Made by a program: the position numbers and the translations under genes
In this document: piece by piece, positions 7,759 to 17,012 of the stretch
How the letters are laid out: each line of letters starts with the position of its first letter
Numbering within the stretch: the stretch's first letter is position 1
The notes under the pieces: generated by a model
What the model saw: only the letters and a program-made list of their open reading frames with translations
Database searches by the model: none
Told to the model about the DNA's origin: nothing
Assembly (NCBI GenBank): GCA_965243205.1
Contig: CBDEUK010000002.1
Coordinates: 96,001 to 160,000, forward strand
Source: Gammaproteobacteria bacterium
GTDB lineage: Bacteria > Pseudomonadota > Gammaproteobacteria > Eutrophobiales > Eutrophobiaceae
Length of the DNA stretch: 64,000 bases
Direction of reading: 5' to 3'

Positions 7759-9576
7759 ATGCAAACAGATTTAATAAAAAAAATAATTATAATCTCTCTT
7801 TGTATTTGTTTTTCATTATCTATTGAAGCACGTAATCGTGAATTCAATTCATATCGTTATCAAAAAAACTTTGATGAATTAACTCAAGCAGAACATACAA
7901 AAGCCAAGCGAACTGCAGCTACGGCTGACATTCGTCCATTAATAGCCTGTGCCGATCCAGGTAACATGCCAATGTCGAATATGAAAGAAGAAGGTTATGA
8001 TAATCAGATCATAAAATTGTTGGCTGAATCTATGGGGACTACTGTTTCATTTTTTTGGCGTCCATATTTAGAACGTGGATTGAATCGAGAAACATTTGAT
8101 AACAAAGAATGTGATTTATTGTTAGGGATGCCTCATGGCTATAATCAATTATTAACTACCGATCCGATATATAGAAGTACTTATGTTTTTGCCTACCGTG
8201 AAGATAAAAATTACAAAATAGAAAGTTTAGATGAACCGATTCTTTCTGACTTAACGATTGGAACTTATCAGCATTCAGGACTTCGTGAAGCATTAAGCCG
8301 ATACGGTCATACAAACAATATTGAAGTGCACGTCATACGACAAGACACAGATCTAGTTCCAGAGACACAACAATGGCGTCAAGTGCAAAAAGTAGCTGAT
8401 GGTAATCTTGATATAGCAGGTGTTTGGGGGCCATTTGCAGGCTATGTCAAAACAGTTAAAAAAGAGCCATTAGTGATTCAACCTGTGAATATGATGGAAG
8501 ATAAAACACCTTTAGAATTTTCTTTATCAATTGGAATGCGTGAGAAGGATGTTATATTAAAATACGCATTGGATCTGGCAATAGAAAAAAATGCTGAAAA
8601 AATTGAAGAAATTCTTAAAGGATTTGGCGTGCCTTTGGTTTCATGTAGTGATTGTTTTATTCAAGGTGATATTCCTTCACATGGCTCTTATTATGAACGT
8701 TTTCTAGCAGAAGCTAAGTCTCGTTATTTAGAACCTATAGAAGAAGATTTAAAAACATTGGATGAAAGTAAAGCCAGCGCTGATCAAGTTGTTACAGAGG
8801 AACGTATAGAAAATTGGTTAGAAGAGGGTGCTGATGTTAATGATGAATTGGCTAATGCGGTTTTAGCAGGTGACCCAAAAAGAATTAAATTTGTTCTCGA
8901 CCATGGGGCGAATATTAATCATATTAATGCACAGGGCTATGGCTTATTGCATGAAGCTGCGCGGTATCGAGATTCAGAAACATTGCAATTGTTACTAGAC
9001 CTTGGAGCTAACCCTGATATTCAAGACATTAATGGTTGGACACCACTTATTCATGCAGCTTATAGAAACCATGTTCCTTCGATTGAGATATTAGTGAATA
9101 AAAATGCAAATCTTGAGCTAACAACAAAAAATAATTATACGGCTTTAGCAATTGCTTTAGGTGAGCGAAAATTTTGGGCAACACGTGCCTTAGTTGAAGC
9201 TGGAGCAAATGTTAATGCACTAATTGGTGATAAAAATATGACACCATTAATGATTGCAGCGATTCATCACAAATCAAAAGATCGAGAAAAAAATATCATT
9301 GAGGGTACTGAGCCTATTGATATTGCTAAATTACTACTTGAACATGGCGCTAAGATAGATGCGCAAACTACGCATGGGGAAACTCCCGTTATGTTTGCTG
9401 CTGCACATGATAATTCACCAATCATCGCTTTTTTAGTTGAGAATGGTGCTGATTTATTAATTAAATCAAATTCGGGTGAGACTGCTTTAGATGTTGCAAA
9501 AGAAAATCGTAGTGATGGAGCTATTAAATCCTTGGAATTGTTTATGAGTTTAAACAAAACCAAGAGTAAAACTTAA
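7759..9576 (+). CDS. xoxJ: XoxJ/MxaJ-type periplasmic binding protein fused to C-terminal ankyrin repeats
   Basis: CADPGNMPMSN..GYDNQI, ECDLL, IYRSTYVF, VWGPFAGY; then several ankyrin repeats (GWTPLIHAA..N, GETPVMFAA..D, GETALDVA). Confidence 0.85.
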   Translation: MQTDLIKKIIIISLCICFSLSIEARNREFNSYRYQKNFDELTQAEHTKAKRTAATADIRPLIACADPGNMPMSNMKEEGYDNQIIKLLAESMGTTVSFFWRPYLERGLNRETFDNKECDLLLGMPHGYNQLLTTDPIYRSTYVFAYREDKNYKIESLDEPILSDLTIGTYQHSGLREALSRYGHTNNIEVHVIRQDTDLVPETQQWRQVQKVADGNLDIAGVWGPFAGYVKTVKKEPLVIQPVNMMEDKTPLEFSLSIGMREKDVILKYALDLAIEKNAEKIEEILKGFGVPLVSCSDCFIQGDIPSHGSYYERFLAEAKSRYLEPIEEDLKTLDESKASADQVVTEERIENWLEEGADVNDELANAVLAGDPKRIKFVLDHGANINHINAQGYGLLHEAARYRDSETLQLLLDLGANPDIQDINGWTPLIHAAYRNHVPSIEILVNKNANLELTTKNNYTALAIALGERKFWATRALVEAGANVNALIGDKNMTPLMIAAIHHKSKDREKNIIEGTEPIDIAKLLLEHGAKIDAQTTHGETPVMFAAAHDNSPIIAFLVENGADLLIKSNSGETALDVAKENRSDGAIKSLELFMSLNKTKSKT

Positions 9577-10778
9577 TGAGATTAAGGTTTAATTCTCTAC
9601 TCATCTTAATTAGTTTCTTCTTTTTCAGTGGATTTATAATATCCGCTGAAAAAGAAGCTGTTTCTCATACGATAGTTTATTTGGGAAAGAAGTATGAGGA
9701 ACCACCACCGTTATCGTTATTGGAAAAGATATTAATCGATGAAGGTGTTCAAGGCTCTCGTCTTGCTTTAAAAAATACAAACTTAACTGGGCGTTTGCTC
9801 AATACTGAATTTAATCTAATTGAGAAAAAATTAGAACTTAATGAGTCACCTAAAGATGCATTCATCAATTTCATTAACTCTGGCTACAAATATTTTATCC
9901 TTGATCTAAATGCTGAGGATATATTAGGGATAACATCTTTAAATGAATCACAAGATACAATTTTAATTAATGTTAAGGCGGAAGACGATTATTTAAGAGT
10001 ATCTGAATGCAATTCTAGTTTGTTTCATGTGATACCTAGCCGAGCTATGCGTACTGATGCCTTGGCGCAATATTTAATTTGGAAAAAATGGCGATTATGG
10101 TTTTTAGTCAGTGGTAAGTATTCATCTGACGCGGCCTATGTTAATGCAGTTAAACGTTCTGCTAAACGTTTTGGAGGAAAAATTGTTGAAGAACGTTCAT
10201 ATAAACTTGAAACAGGAAATAATCGCGTAGACAGCGGCCACCAACAAATACAAACTCAAATGCCAATGTTAACTCGTAATGCGAAGAAACATGATGTTGT
10301 GTTTGTGGCGGACGAGAACGAATCTTTTGGTCTTTATTTGCCTTATAGGACAGCAGAACCAAGACCTGTTGTTGGAACTTATGGTTTAGTTGCAACAGCT
10401 TGGCATCGTTCTTATGAACAATATGCAGGCACACAGATGCAAAACTCTTTTGAAGAATTTTCTGGAAGGATTATGACTGAAAAAGATTATATGGGATGGC
10501 TAGCTTTAAAGATTATTGGAAAAGCTGTTATGCAATCGAAATCTTCAGATATTAAATCGCTTAAAGATTACATGATATCGGAAAAATTAAGTTTGGCAGC
10601 ATACAAAGGTAGGCCATTAACATTTCGCCGTTGGAATCAACAAATGCGTCAACCATTACTCATATCAAGTGATAGAGCATTAGTTACAATGGCACCTTTA
10701 GATGAATTTTTGCATCCAAAATATTATACGGACACGCTTGGTTTTGATGAAAAAGATTCAGAATGTAAATTAAATTAA
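9576..10778 (+). CDS. ABC substrate-binding protein, PQQ-dehydrogenase-associated (PedA2/LutA-like)
   Basis: HVIPSRAMRTDALAQYL..KKW, FG.YLPY, AWH..YEQY, YKG..LTFR.WN.Q.RQP, DTLG.D..S.C. Confidence 0.88.
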   Translation: MRLRFNSLLILISFFFFSGFIISAEKEAVSHTIVYLGKKYEEPPPLSLLEKILIDEGVQGSRLALKNTNLTGRLLNTEFNLIEKKLELNESPKDAFINFINSGYKYFILDLNAEDILGITSLNESQDTILINVKAEDDYLRVSECNSSLFHVIPSRAMRTDALAQYLIWKKWRLWFLVSGKYSSDAAYVNAVKRSAKRFGGKIVEERSYKLETGNNRVDSGHQQIQTQMPMLTRNAKKHDVVFVADENESFGLYLPYRTAEPRPVVGTYGLVATAWHRSYEQYAGTQMQNSFEEFSGRIMTEKDYMGWLALKIIGKAVMQSKSSDIKSLKDYMISEKLSLAAYKGRPLTFRRWNQQMRQPLLISSDRALVTMAPLDEFLHPKYYTDTLGFDEKDSECKLN

Positions 10779-10800
10779 TTTAGTTTAAAAAATTATAATT

Positions 10801-11769
10801 ATGAAAATATTAATAAAAAATAAAATCGTAATTTCATTATTGCTCTTTAGTAGTCAATTAACGGCAGGTACCTTATTTGTTTCTAATGAACGCGACAATA
10901 CAGTTACTGTTGTCGATAGTGATACTTATGAAATTATTAAAACTATTAAAACTGGACGAAGACCACGTGGTTTAATTTCTTCTCCAGATGGTAAAGAGAT
11001 TTTTGTTTGTGTTGGGGATGACCATAGGATTGATGTAATTGATGTTGCTACGTTAGAAATCTCAAGAGAACTGAGTTCAGGACCTGATCCTGAATTATTA
11101 GATGTTGATCCTGTAGGAAATCGTATTTATATAGCAAACGAAGATGATGCTATGGTTACCGTTTTGTCTATAAAAGATAATGAAATGTTAGCAGAGATCC
11201 CGGTTGGGGTTGAGCCTGAAGGTATGCGCGTCCATCCAAATAATAAATTAACCGTAGCGACATCAGAAGAAACCAGCATGGCGCACTTTATTGATACCGA
11301 ATCATTAGAGCTAAAGGCAAATATACTTGTCGATACGCGTCCTCGACATGCTGAATATACTAAAGATGGTAAACAAGTATGGGTTTCTTCAGAAATTGGT
11401 GGCACGGTTTCAATTATAGATATAGAACAACAAGCCATTGTTCATAAAATCATATTTGAAATAGATGGTGTGCGCTCTGAATTAATTCAGCCTATTGGTA
11501 TGCGCATGTCGAAAGACGGCAGTATGGCATTTGTTGCCTTAGGGCCAGCGAATCGTATTGCCGTTGTTGATACCAATAGCTACGAAGTTAAAAAATATAT
11601 TCTAGTTGGCCAAAGACCTTGGCATATAGAAATTAACCCTGATGGTAAATCACTCTATGTTGCGAATGGACTTACCAATGATATGACTATTATTGATCTA
11701 GAGTCACTTAAAGCGAAAAAATCAGTACCCGTAGGACGATTGCCTTGGGGTATTGCTTACGTGGATTAA
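10801..11769 (+). CDS. YVTN beta-propeller protein, PQQ-catabolism associated (PedA1/LutB-like)
   Basis: FVSNE.DNTVTV, GRRPRG, SGPDPE, VGVEPEGM, VG.RPW repeats. Confidence 0.9.
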   Translation: MKILIKNKIVISLLLFSSQLTAGTLFVSNERDNTVTVVDSDTYEIIKTIKTGRRPRGLISSPDGKEIFVCVGDDHRIDVIDVATLEISRELSSGPDPELLDVDPVGNRIYIANEDDAMVTVLSIKDNEMLAEIPVGVEPEGMRVHPNNKLTVATSEETSMAHFIDTESLELKANILVDTRPRHAEYTKDGKQVWVSSEIGGTVSIIDIEQQAIVHKIIFEIDGVRSELIQPIGMRMSKDGSMAFVALGPANRIAVVDTNSYEVKKYILVGQRPWHIEINPDGKSLYVANGLTNDMTIIDLESLKAKKSVPVGRLPWGIAYVD

Positions 11770-12086
11770 TGAATATTAGTTTTAAAATTAGTATTTCTAT
11801 TTTTTTATTGATTGTATCTTTTAAACTTATATCAGAAACCAACCCTTGGTCTTAGCCGATATGGAAAATCCCACCTTTACCGACTAATCCAAATGCAGAA
11901 TTTGATAGCCATGATCCTTATGGGTTAAGTGTTGGTTTGTATATAAAAACCGATTGTTCTATACGTTTTGTTTGGCATGGAGATAACAAAATTTATTGTT
12001 TTAATAGTTTAACATCGAAATCATTTTTTATAGATAATCCTAAAAAGTATATTGATAGTTCTAATGCATTCTTAAATTCTCAATAG
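11769..12086 (+). pseudogene. YHS-like small exported protein interrupted by one in-frame TAG (codon 29)
   Basis: ATG overlaps the upstream TAA (TAATG); MNISFKISISIFLLIVSFKLISETNPWS*PIWKIPP..AEFDSHDPYGL..DCSIRFVWHGDNKIYCFNS..SF F..NPKKYI; TAG at 11853-11855. Confidence 0.7.
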
Positions 12087-12108
12087 CAATTATTGCTAAA
12101 TAAAGATT

Positions 12109-12166
12109 ATGAATTTTTCACAGTTGACCAGGGAAAAAAACATAAAACATTTATTATTTACTCATA
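12109..12166 (+). promoter_or_regulatory. Triple operator array upstream of xoxG
   Basis: ATG-AATTTTT-CAC 12109, GGG-AAAAAAA-CAT 12131, ATT-ATTTACT-CAT 12153; 22-bp period. Confidence 0.55.
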
Positions 12167-12245
12167 AATCAATATTTAACGAATTATTGTAGTATCGCTC
12201 TTGTCATAAAAAGACGATATGTAAAATAATATATTGAGGTGAACA

Positions 12246-12788
12246 ATGAAGTCGAATAATTCGTTGAGTAATAGTTTTATAAAAATATTTATCGCTTGCT
12301 TTTTACTCGTTCCTTTTTCTATCAATGCTTCTAGTGCAGAAAACACTGAAGCAGAAGCAAAATCTTCTGACTCTTCGAGCGTTGATATTCTGTCAATGAC
12401 ACCTGCAGAAGTAGTTGAAAAAATTCCACAAGGAGAAATCAAAAGCCCTTTCGTGCCGACAGATGCAAAAGTAGCTGAAGAGGGTCATACAGTATTTATG
12501 GAAACAAGTTGTAACGGTTGTCATGGTGGTACTGGTGGCGGTGGCATGGGACCTCCATTATCAAATCAAAGATGGGTATATGGAAATGATGTTGATACTT
12601 TATTCCGTCTTATTACTTTGGGTACTATTGAATTACAAGCAAAAGGTTATACCCGTAAAGCACGTGAAAATGTTCGAGCGCCTATGCCAGCACAAGCTTC
12701 TGGTGCAATTGTAATCGAAAGTCTTACCACTGAAAGAATCTTGAAAATCATTAATTGGATTCAATCACTACACGTTGATAAAAAATAA
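12246..12788 (+). CDS. xoxG: Cytochrome cL-type electron acceptor XoxG
   Basis: Signal peptide; CNGCH heme motif, GGGGMGPPL, W.YG, distal Met MPA; SD GAGGT. Confidence 0.88.
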   Translation: MKSNNSLSNSFIKIFIACFLLVPFSINASSAENTEAEAKSSDSSSVDILSMTPAEVVEKIPQGEIKSPFVPTDAKVAEEGHTVFMETSCNGCHGGTGGGGMGPPLSNQRWVYGNDVDTLFRLITLGTIELQAKGYTRKARENVRAPMPAQASGAIVIESLTTERILKIINWIQSLHVDKK

Positions 12789-12801
12789 TAATTAAAAAAT
12801 A

Positions 12802-12833
12802 AGCGTCTTAGTTTTATATAAAATTAAGACGCT
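12802..12833 (+). terminator. Hairpin after xoxG
   Basis: AGCGTCTTAGTTT...AAATTAAGACGCT. Confidence 0.6.
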
Positions 12834-12926
12834 CTAATTTATAAGAACTATCTTGGAGGAGTGTTTATGAGATGTCTAATACTCTTTCTAATTTCTCCAT
12901 GAATTATAACTATAACGGTAGTATTT

Positions 12927-13754
12927 ATGTTTTATATATTCTTAAAAAAACAATATGAATTTTCACATTTATTTTTAACATGTTTAATTTTCATTTCGTC
13001 AGTTATGCCAATCAAATTAATTGCTAACGATAATATAGAAATCATTTACTATGGCCATCGTGATGAAATGGCATTTATAGGGCTAGGGCAGGGCTTAGAA
13101 GATAGCAGTGAAAAACATGGGGGTTTAAAATTTAGACTGAACACTGAATTAGAAAACTTTCGACCTTATAAAGATCCGAAAGTCGATGCACTGTTTGTTT
13201 CAATGGGTGTTGAGGCGATTCGAATATTAAGTATGTTGAATCCTCAAATACCAATTTTTAATTTGGTTGACGATTCAGAAGAAATTAGAAGCATGTGCTT
13301 ACCTAATGTTTTTCATTTGCTGCCTTCAAAAAGCATGAGAGGGAAAGCTATTTCTGAATGGAAACAGAAAAATTCAGATGAATCTAATACTTCATTAGAT
13401 GCTAAAGCATGGGATCCTACTTTTAATGACGGTAAAGCCTATGTTCTCAATATTAAATTTAAAGAAAAACGTTCTATTGAATTATCTGAGCAAGGCTGGG
13501 CTGGATGGGTTGCTGCAACGGCGCTTTCTGATGCACTAGTAAAATCTAAAAAAGACAATTCAAATATCATTGATATTCTGAAAAATGATTTCAATATAAA
13601 CGTTTATAAAGGTATTGATTCCCACTTTGGCAAAGATGGTCAATTAAAACAAATTGTTCTTATAAAAAATGAAGAAAAGGTAGTCGGTCAAATACCAGTT
13701 AAAGATAGTGGAAAAGATACATTAGATTCTATTGTTGAAACATATTGTCAGTAA
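12927..13754 (+). CDS. Shorter paralogue of the PQQ-associated ABC substrate-binding protein
   Basis: IFN..D..IR..C.PNVFHLLPS..MR, AW.P, GWAGWVA, YKG...F...GQLKQ shared with 9576..10778. Confidence 0.7.
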   Translation: MFYIFLKKQYEFSHLFLTCLIFISSVMPIKLIANDNIEIIYYGHRDEMAFIGLGQGLEDSSEKHGGLKFRLNTELENFRPYKDPKVDALFVSMGVEAIRILSMLNPQIPIFNLVDDSEEIRSMCLPNVFHLLPSKSMRGKAISEWKQKNSDESNTSLDAKAWDPTFNDGKAYVLNIKFKEKRSIELSEQGWAGWVAATALSDALVKSKKDNSNIIDILKNDFNINVYKGIDSHFGKDGQLKQIVLIKNEEKVVGQIPVKDSGKDTLDSIVETYCQ

Positions 13755-14737
13755 TTATGTTTCGTTTGTATTCAGGCAAAACACCAAGACCATTTTTTAT
13801 TATTCTGATGATATTGGCGCCTGTTATTTCAGCCGCTGATGATTTTAGAGTTGCAGTATTACAGTTTGGTACTGTTAGCTGGGAGATGGATGTTATAAAA
13901 CATCATGGCCTGGATAAAAAACATAATTTTAATTTAGAAATTGTATCCTTAGGCTCTGCGAATGCGGTTAATGTGCGTTTGCAAAGTAAGGATGTTGACG
14001 CAGTTGTTGGTGACTGGATCTGGGTATCTCGACAAAGAGATATGGGTAATAATTATACATCCTTTCCTTATTCATTAGCGGCTGGAGAAGTAATAGTCAA
14101 TCCAGAATTAAATATTTCTACTTTAGAAGATTTGAATAATAAAAAAATAGGTGTTGCTGGTGGCCCAACAAATAAAAATTGGCTGATATATAAAGCATAT
14201 ACACATAAAAAATTTGGTATAAATTATCAAGAATTATTAGAAATATCATTTGCAGCTCCACCTTTATTAAACAAATTATTTCTGAAAGGTGATTTTTCAG
14301 CAGTTATAAATTTTTGGCATTATGCAGCTAAGTTAAAACATTTAGGAATGGTAAAGCTTATTAGCATAAAAGAAATGTTGACCGAGCTTGAAGTAAATGA
14401 ATCTACACCATTATTAGCTTGGGTGTTCCCTGAAAATAAAAATATTGAATTGATTAATAGTTTTTTATCCGCATCATTTGAAGCAAAAAAAATATTAAAA
14501 ACTTCAGATAACGAATGGAATCGTATCAAAAATTTGCTCCATGTTAAGAACGAAGGTGAATTGATATTGTTACGTGATTATTATCGAGAATCAATTCCAG
14601 ACAGTTTTGGAGAATCAGAAATAGTATCTGCTAAAAAATTGTATGAAATATTGAAAGAATATGGAGGCAGTGATTTTGGTAGAAGTTCAAAGGAATTGAA
14701 TCAAGGTACATTTTATACAGAGTACACGATACTTTAA
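13745..14737 (+). CDS. NitT/TauT-family ABC substrate-binding protein, PqqT-like (candidate PQQ binding)
   Basis: VLQFGTVSWEMDVIKHHGLD, DWIWVSRQR, GVAGGP..K.W, APPLL, NFWHY. Confidence 0.75.
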   Translation: MSVIMFRLYSGKTPRPFFIILMILAPVISAADDFRVAVLQFGTVSWEMDVIKHHGLDKKHNFNLEIVSLGSANAVNVRLQSKDVDAVVGDWIWVSRQRDMGNNYTSFPYSLAAGEVIVNPELNISTLEDLNNKKIGVAGGPTNKNWLIYKAYTHKKFGINYQELLEISFAAPPLLNKLFLKGDFSAVINFWHYAAKLKHLGMVKLISIKEMLTELEVNESTPLLAWVFPENKNIELINSFLSASFEAKKILKTSDNEWNRIKNLLHVKNEGELILLRDYYRESIPDSFGESEIVSAKKLYEILKEYGGSDFGRSSKELNQGTFYTEYTIL

Positions 14738-14751
14738 TGACGTCATAAATA

Positions 14752-15492
14752 ATGAATGCTGATTCACTATTAAAAATCGGATCTATTATTTTCTTTATTA
14801 TTTTATGGCAAATAATATCGTTAATACTAAAAAATGATTTATTGCCTTCACCAACTATTGTTTTCAATAGCCTATTTATACATATAACTCAGAATGATCT
14901 AGTTAATCAATTATTGATCACACTGCGCAGAGTGTTTGTTAGTTTTATGATTGCAATGGTTTTTGGAGTTGCAATAGGAATAATGATGGGAAAGTACCGC
15001 TATATAAATTCTTTTTTGGATAGCTTGCTTACGTTGGCATTAAATATTCCGGCTTTAGTAACAATCATATTATTGTATGTATGGCTAGGTTTAACTGAAT
15101 ATGCAGCGATTCTAGCTGTAGTTGTTAATAAACTACCAACAGTTATTGTTACGATTAGAGAAGGTGCACGTTCTGTTGATAACAAATTATTACAAGTAGG
15201 CGAGGCTTTTCGAATTTCGCCTTTTACTCGACTTTTTAAATTATACTTTCCTCAACTTTATCCATATATATTTGCTGCGGCTAGAAATGGTTTGTCATTA
15301 ATTTGGAAAATTGTATTAGTAGTTGAGTTGTTAGGGCAAAGTAATGGTGTTGGGTTTAAATTGGGCACCTTTTTTCAGTTTTTTGATATTACTAGTATTC
15401 TCGCTTATACCATTGCTTTTGCCTCTGTCATTCTGTTATTTGAGTTAGTGTTAGTTCAGCCATTAGAAAGACGTTTAAATAGGTGGCGATAA
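14752..15492 (+). CDS. NitT/TauT ABC permease
   Basis: LP.P, TLRRV, LNIPAL, REGARS, WKIVLVVELLG..NGVG. Confidence 0.9.
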   Translation: MNADSLLKIGSIIFFIILWQIISLILKNDLLPSPTIVFNSLFIHITQNDLVNQLLITLRRVFVSFMIAMVFGVAIGIMMGKYRYINSFLDSLLTLALNIPALVTIILLYVWLGLTEYAAILAVVVNKLPTVIVTIREGARSVDNKLLQVGEAFRISPFTRLFKLYFPQLYPYIFAAARNGLSLIWKIVLVVELLGQSNGVGFKLGTFFQFFDITSILAYTIAFASVILLFELVLVQPLERRLNRWR

Positions 15493-16244
15493 TGATGCAT
15501 TGTGAAATTAATATAAAAGAAAAAGTATTTTCTAAAAAATTTATTTTAAATAATTTGATTTTAAATATTAAAAACAATGAGTTTATTAGCATTGTCGGAC
15601 CATCTGGAACGGGTAAAACTACATTATTAAATATTATTGGTGGTTTGGATTCAGATTATTCAGGTGGAATACAATTTAATCATGATATTCAAAATCACAA
15701 TGCTATTTCTTATGTGTTTCAAGAACCAAGATTGATGCCTTGGCTCACTGTCTATGAGAATATTGATATAGTTATACCAAAGCATATTAGTAATAGAGAA
15801 GCTTTGATTAATGATCTACTAATCAATACAAATTTGTCTGAATATAAAAGTTCTTTTCCAAATCAATTGTCTGGTGGTATGCAAAGACGAGTTGGCCTTG
15901 CTAGAGCTTTTTCAATTAAACCTTCAATGTTGTTGATGGATGAGCCATTTATATCATTAGATTTACCAACTGCAAATTCTTTAAGACAGTTTTTAATTAA
16001 TATATTAACTGATTATAAACCGACAATTTTATTCGTAACTCATGATCTAATGGAAGCTTTAGCTCTGTCTGATAGGGTAATATTTCTTTCACAGAAACCC
16101 ACTCATATTATTCATGAGATAAAAATAAAACATGGTAGTAGTACTATGTATGAACGTGAGCAAACAGCTAAAGCATTACATGAAAATTTGAATGATGAAC
16201 ATCCAAATATATTAGATGGTGTATTAAAACAAACAATAAATTAA
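15483..16244 (+). CDS. NitT/TauT ABC ATPase
   Basis: GPSGTGKT, FQEPRLMPW, LSGGMQRR, LLMDEPF. Confidence 0.93.
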   Translation: MAIMMHCEINIKEKVFSKKFILNNLILNIKNNEFISIVGPSGTGKTTLLNIIGGLDSDYSGGIQFNHDIQNHNAISYVFQEPRLMPWLTVYENIDIVIPKHISNREALINDLLINTNLSEYKSSFPNQLSGGMQRRVGLARAFSIKPSMLLMDEPFISLDLPTANSLRQFLINILTDYKPTILFVTHDLMEALALSDRVIFLSQKPTHIIHEIKIKHGSSTMYEREQTAKALHENLNDEHPNILDGVLKQTIN

Positions 16245-16265
16245 CTAATAAATTTTAAACTAATA

Positions 16266-17012
16266 ATGATTTTAGATATAAAACAACTTACAAAATATTA
16301 TGGAAAAAGAAAAGCGCTCAATGCAATCAGTTTTGATATTGAGAAGGGCACCTTTGCTGCCTTATTAGGGCAAAACGGAGCTGGAAAAACAACATTATTT
16401 CAACTTTTAACTGGCTTGTTTGTACCAGATTCAGGCAGCATAGCGATTGATGGGAATGATATAACTAAATCTGCAGTAAAAGCGTTAGCTGGTATCGGTG
16501 TCGTATTTCAACAAATAACCTTAGACATGGATTTAAGTATTAAAGCCAATCTGAAATTACATACTAGATTGCATGGCATCAATGATAAGGTAGCAAACTA
16601 TCGTATACAAAAAGAGTTAGAGCGCCTTGAATTATTTGATCGTCTTAATGAACCTGTTCGTAGTTTGAGTGGTGGAAATAAACGTAAAGTCGAATTGGCA
16701 CGTTCTCTTTTACATGAACCACATATATTGTTTATGGATGAAGCATCCGTTGGATTAGACCCAGCAGCGAGACAATCTTTGGTCGATTATGTTTATGAAC
16801 TAAAAGATACTCGAAAAGTATCTATCTTATGGGCGACCCATCTAGTTGATGAAGTGAACAATGCGGATAAATTAATTGTTTTACATCAAGGACATTTATT
16901 AATGTCTGGCGAACCTCAAGAATTATTGAATAGAACGAATGAAAATAATCTTTCTGATGCTTTTCTAAATCTCACGTCATTATTTATTAATGAGGGAGCG
17001 AAAGCATCATGA
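16266..17012 (+). CDS. ABC ATPase, PQQ-dehydrogenase system (PedB/LutE-like)
   Basis: GQNGAGKT, GVVFQQ.TLD.DLS, LSGG..RKVE, WATHL. Confidence 0.9.
   Translation: MILDIKQLTKYYGKRKALNAISFDIEKGTFAALLGQNGAGKTTLFQLLTGLFVPDSGSIAIDGNDITKSAVKALAGIGVVFQQITLDMDLSIKANLKLHTRLHGINDKVANYRIQKELERLELFDRLNEPVRSLSGGNKRKVELARSLLHEPHILFMDEASVGLDPAARQSLVDYVYELKDTRKVSILWATHLVDEVNNADKLIVLHQGHLLMSGEPQELLNRTNENNLSDAFLNLTSLFINEGAKAS

Noticed and set aside
11853-11855. Pyrrolysine or genetic-code reassignment of TAG
   Set aside because: TAG is used as a normal stop elsewhere (e.g. 4398, 35763, 36473); no pyl genes or tRNA in the window
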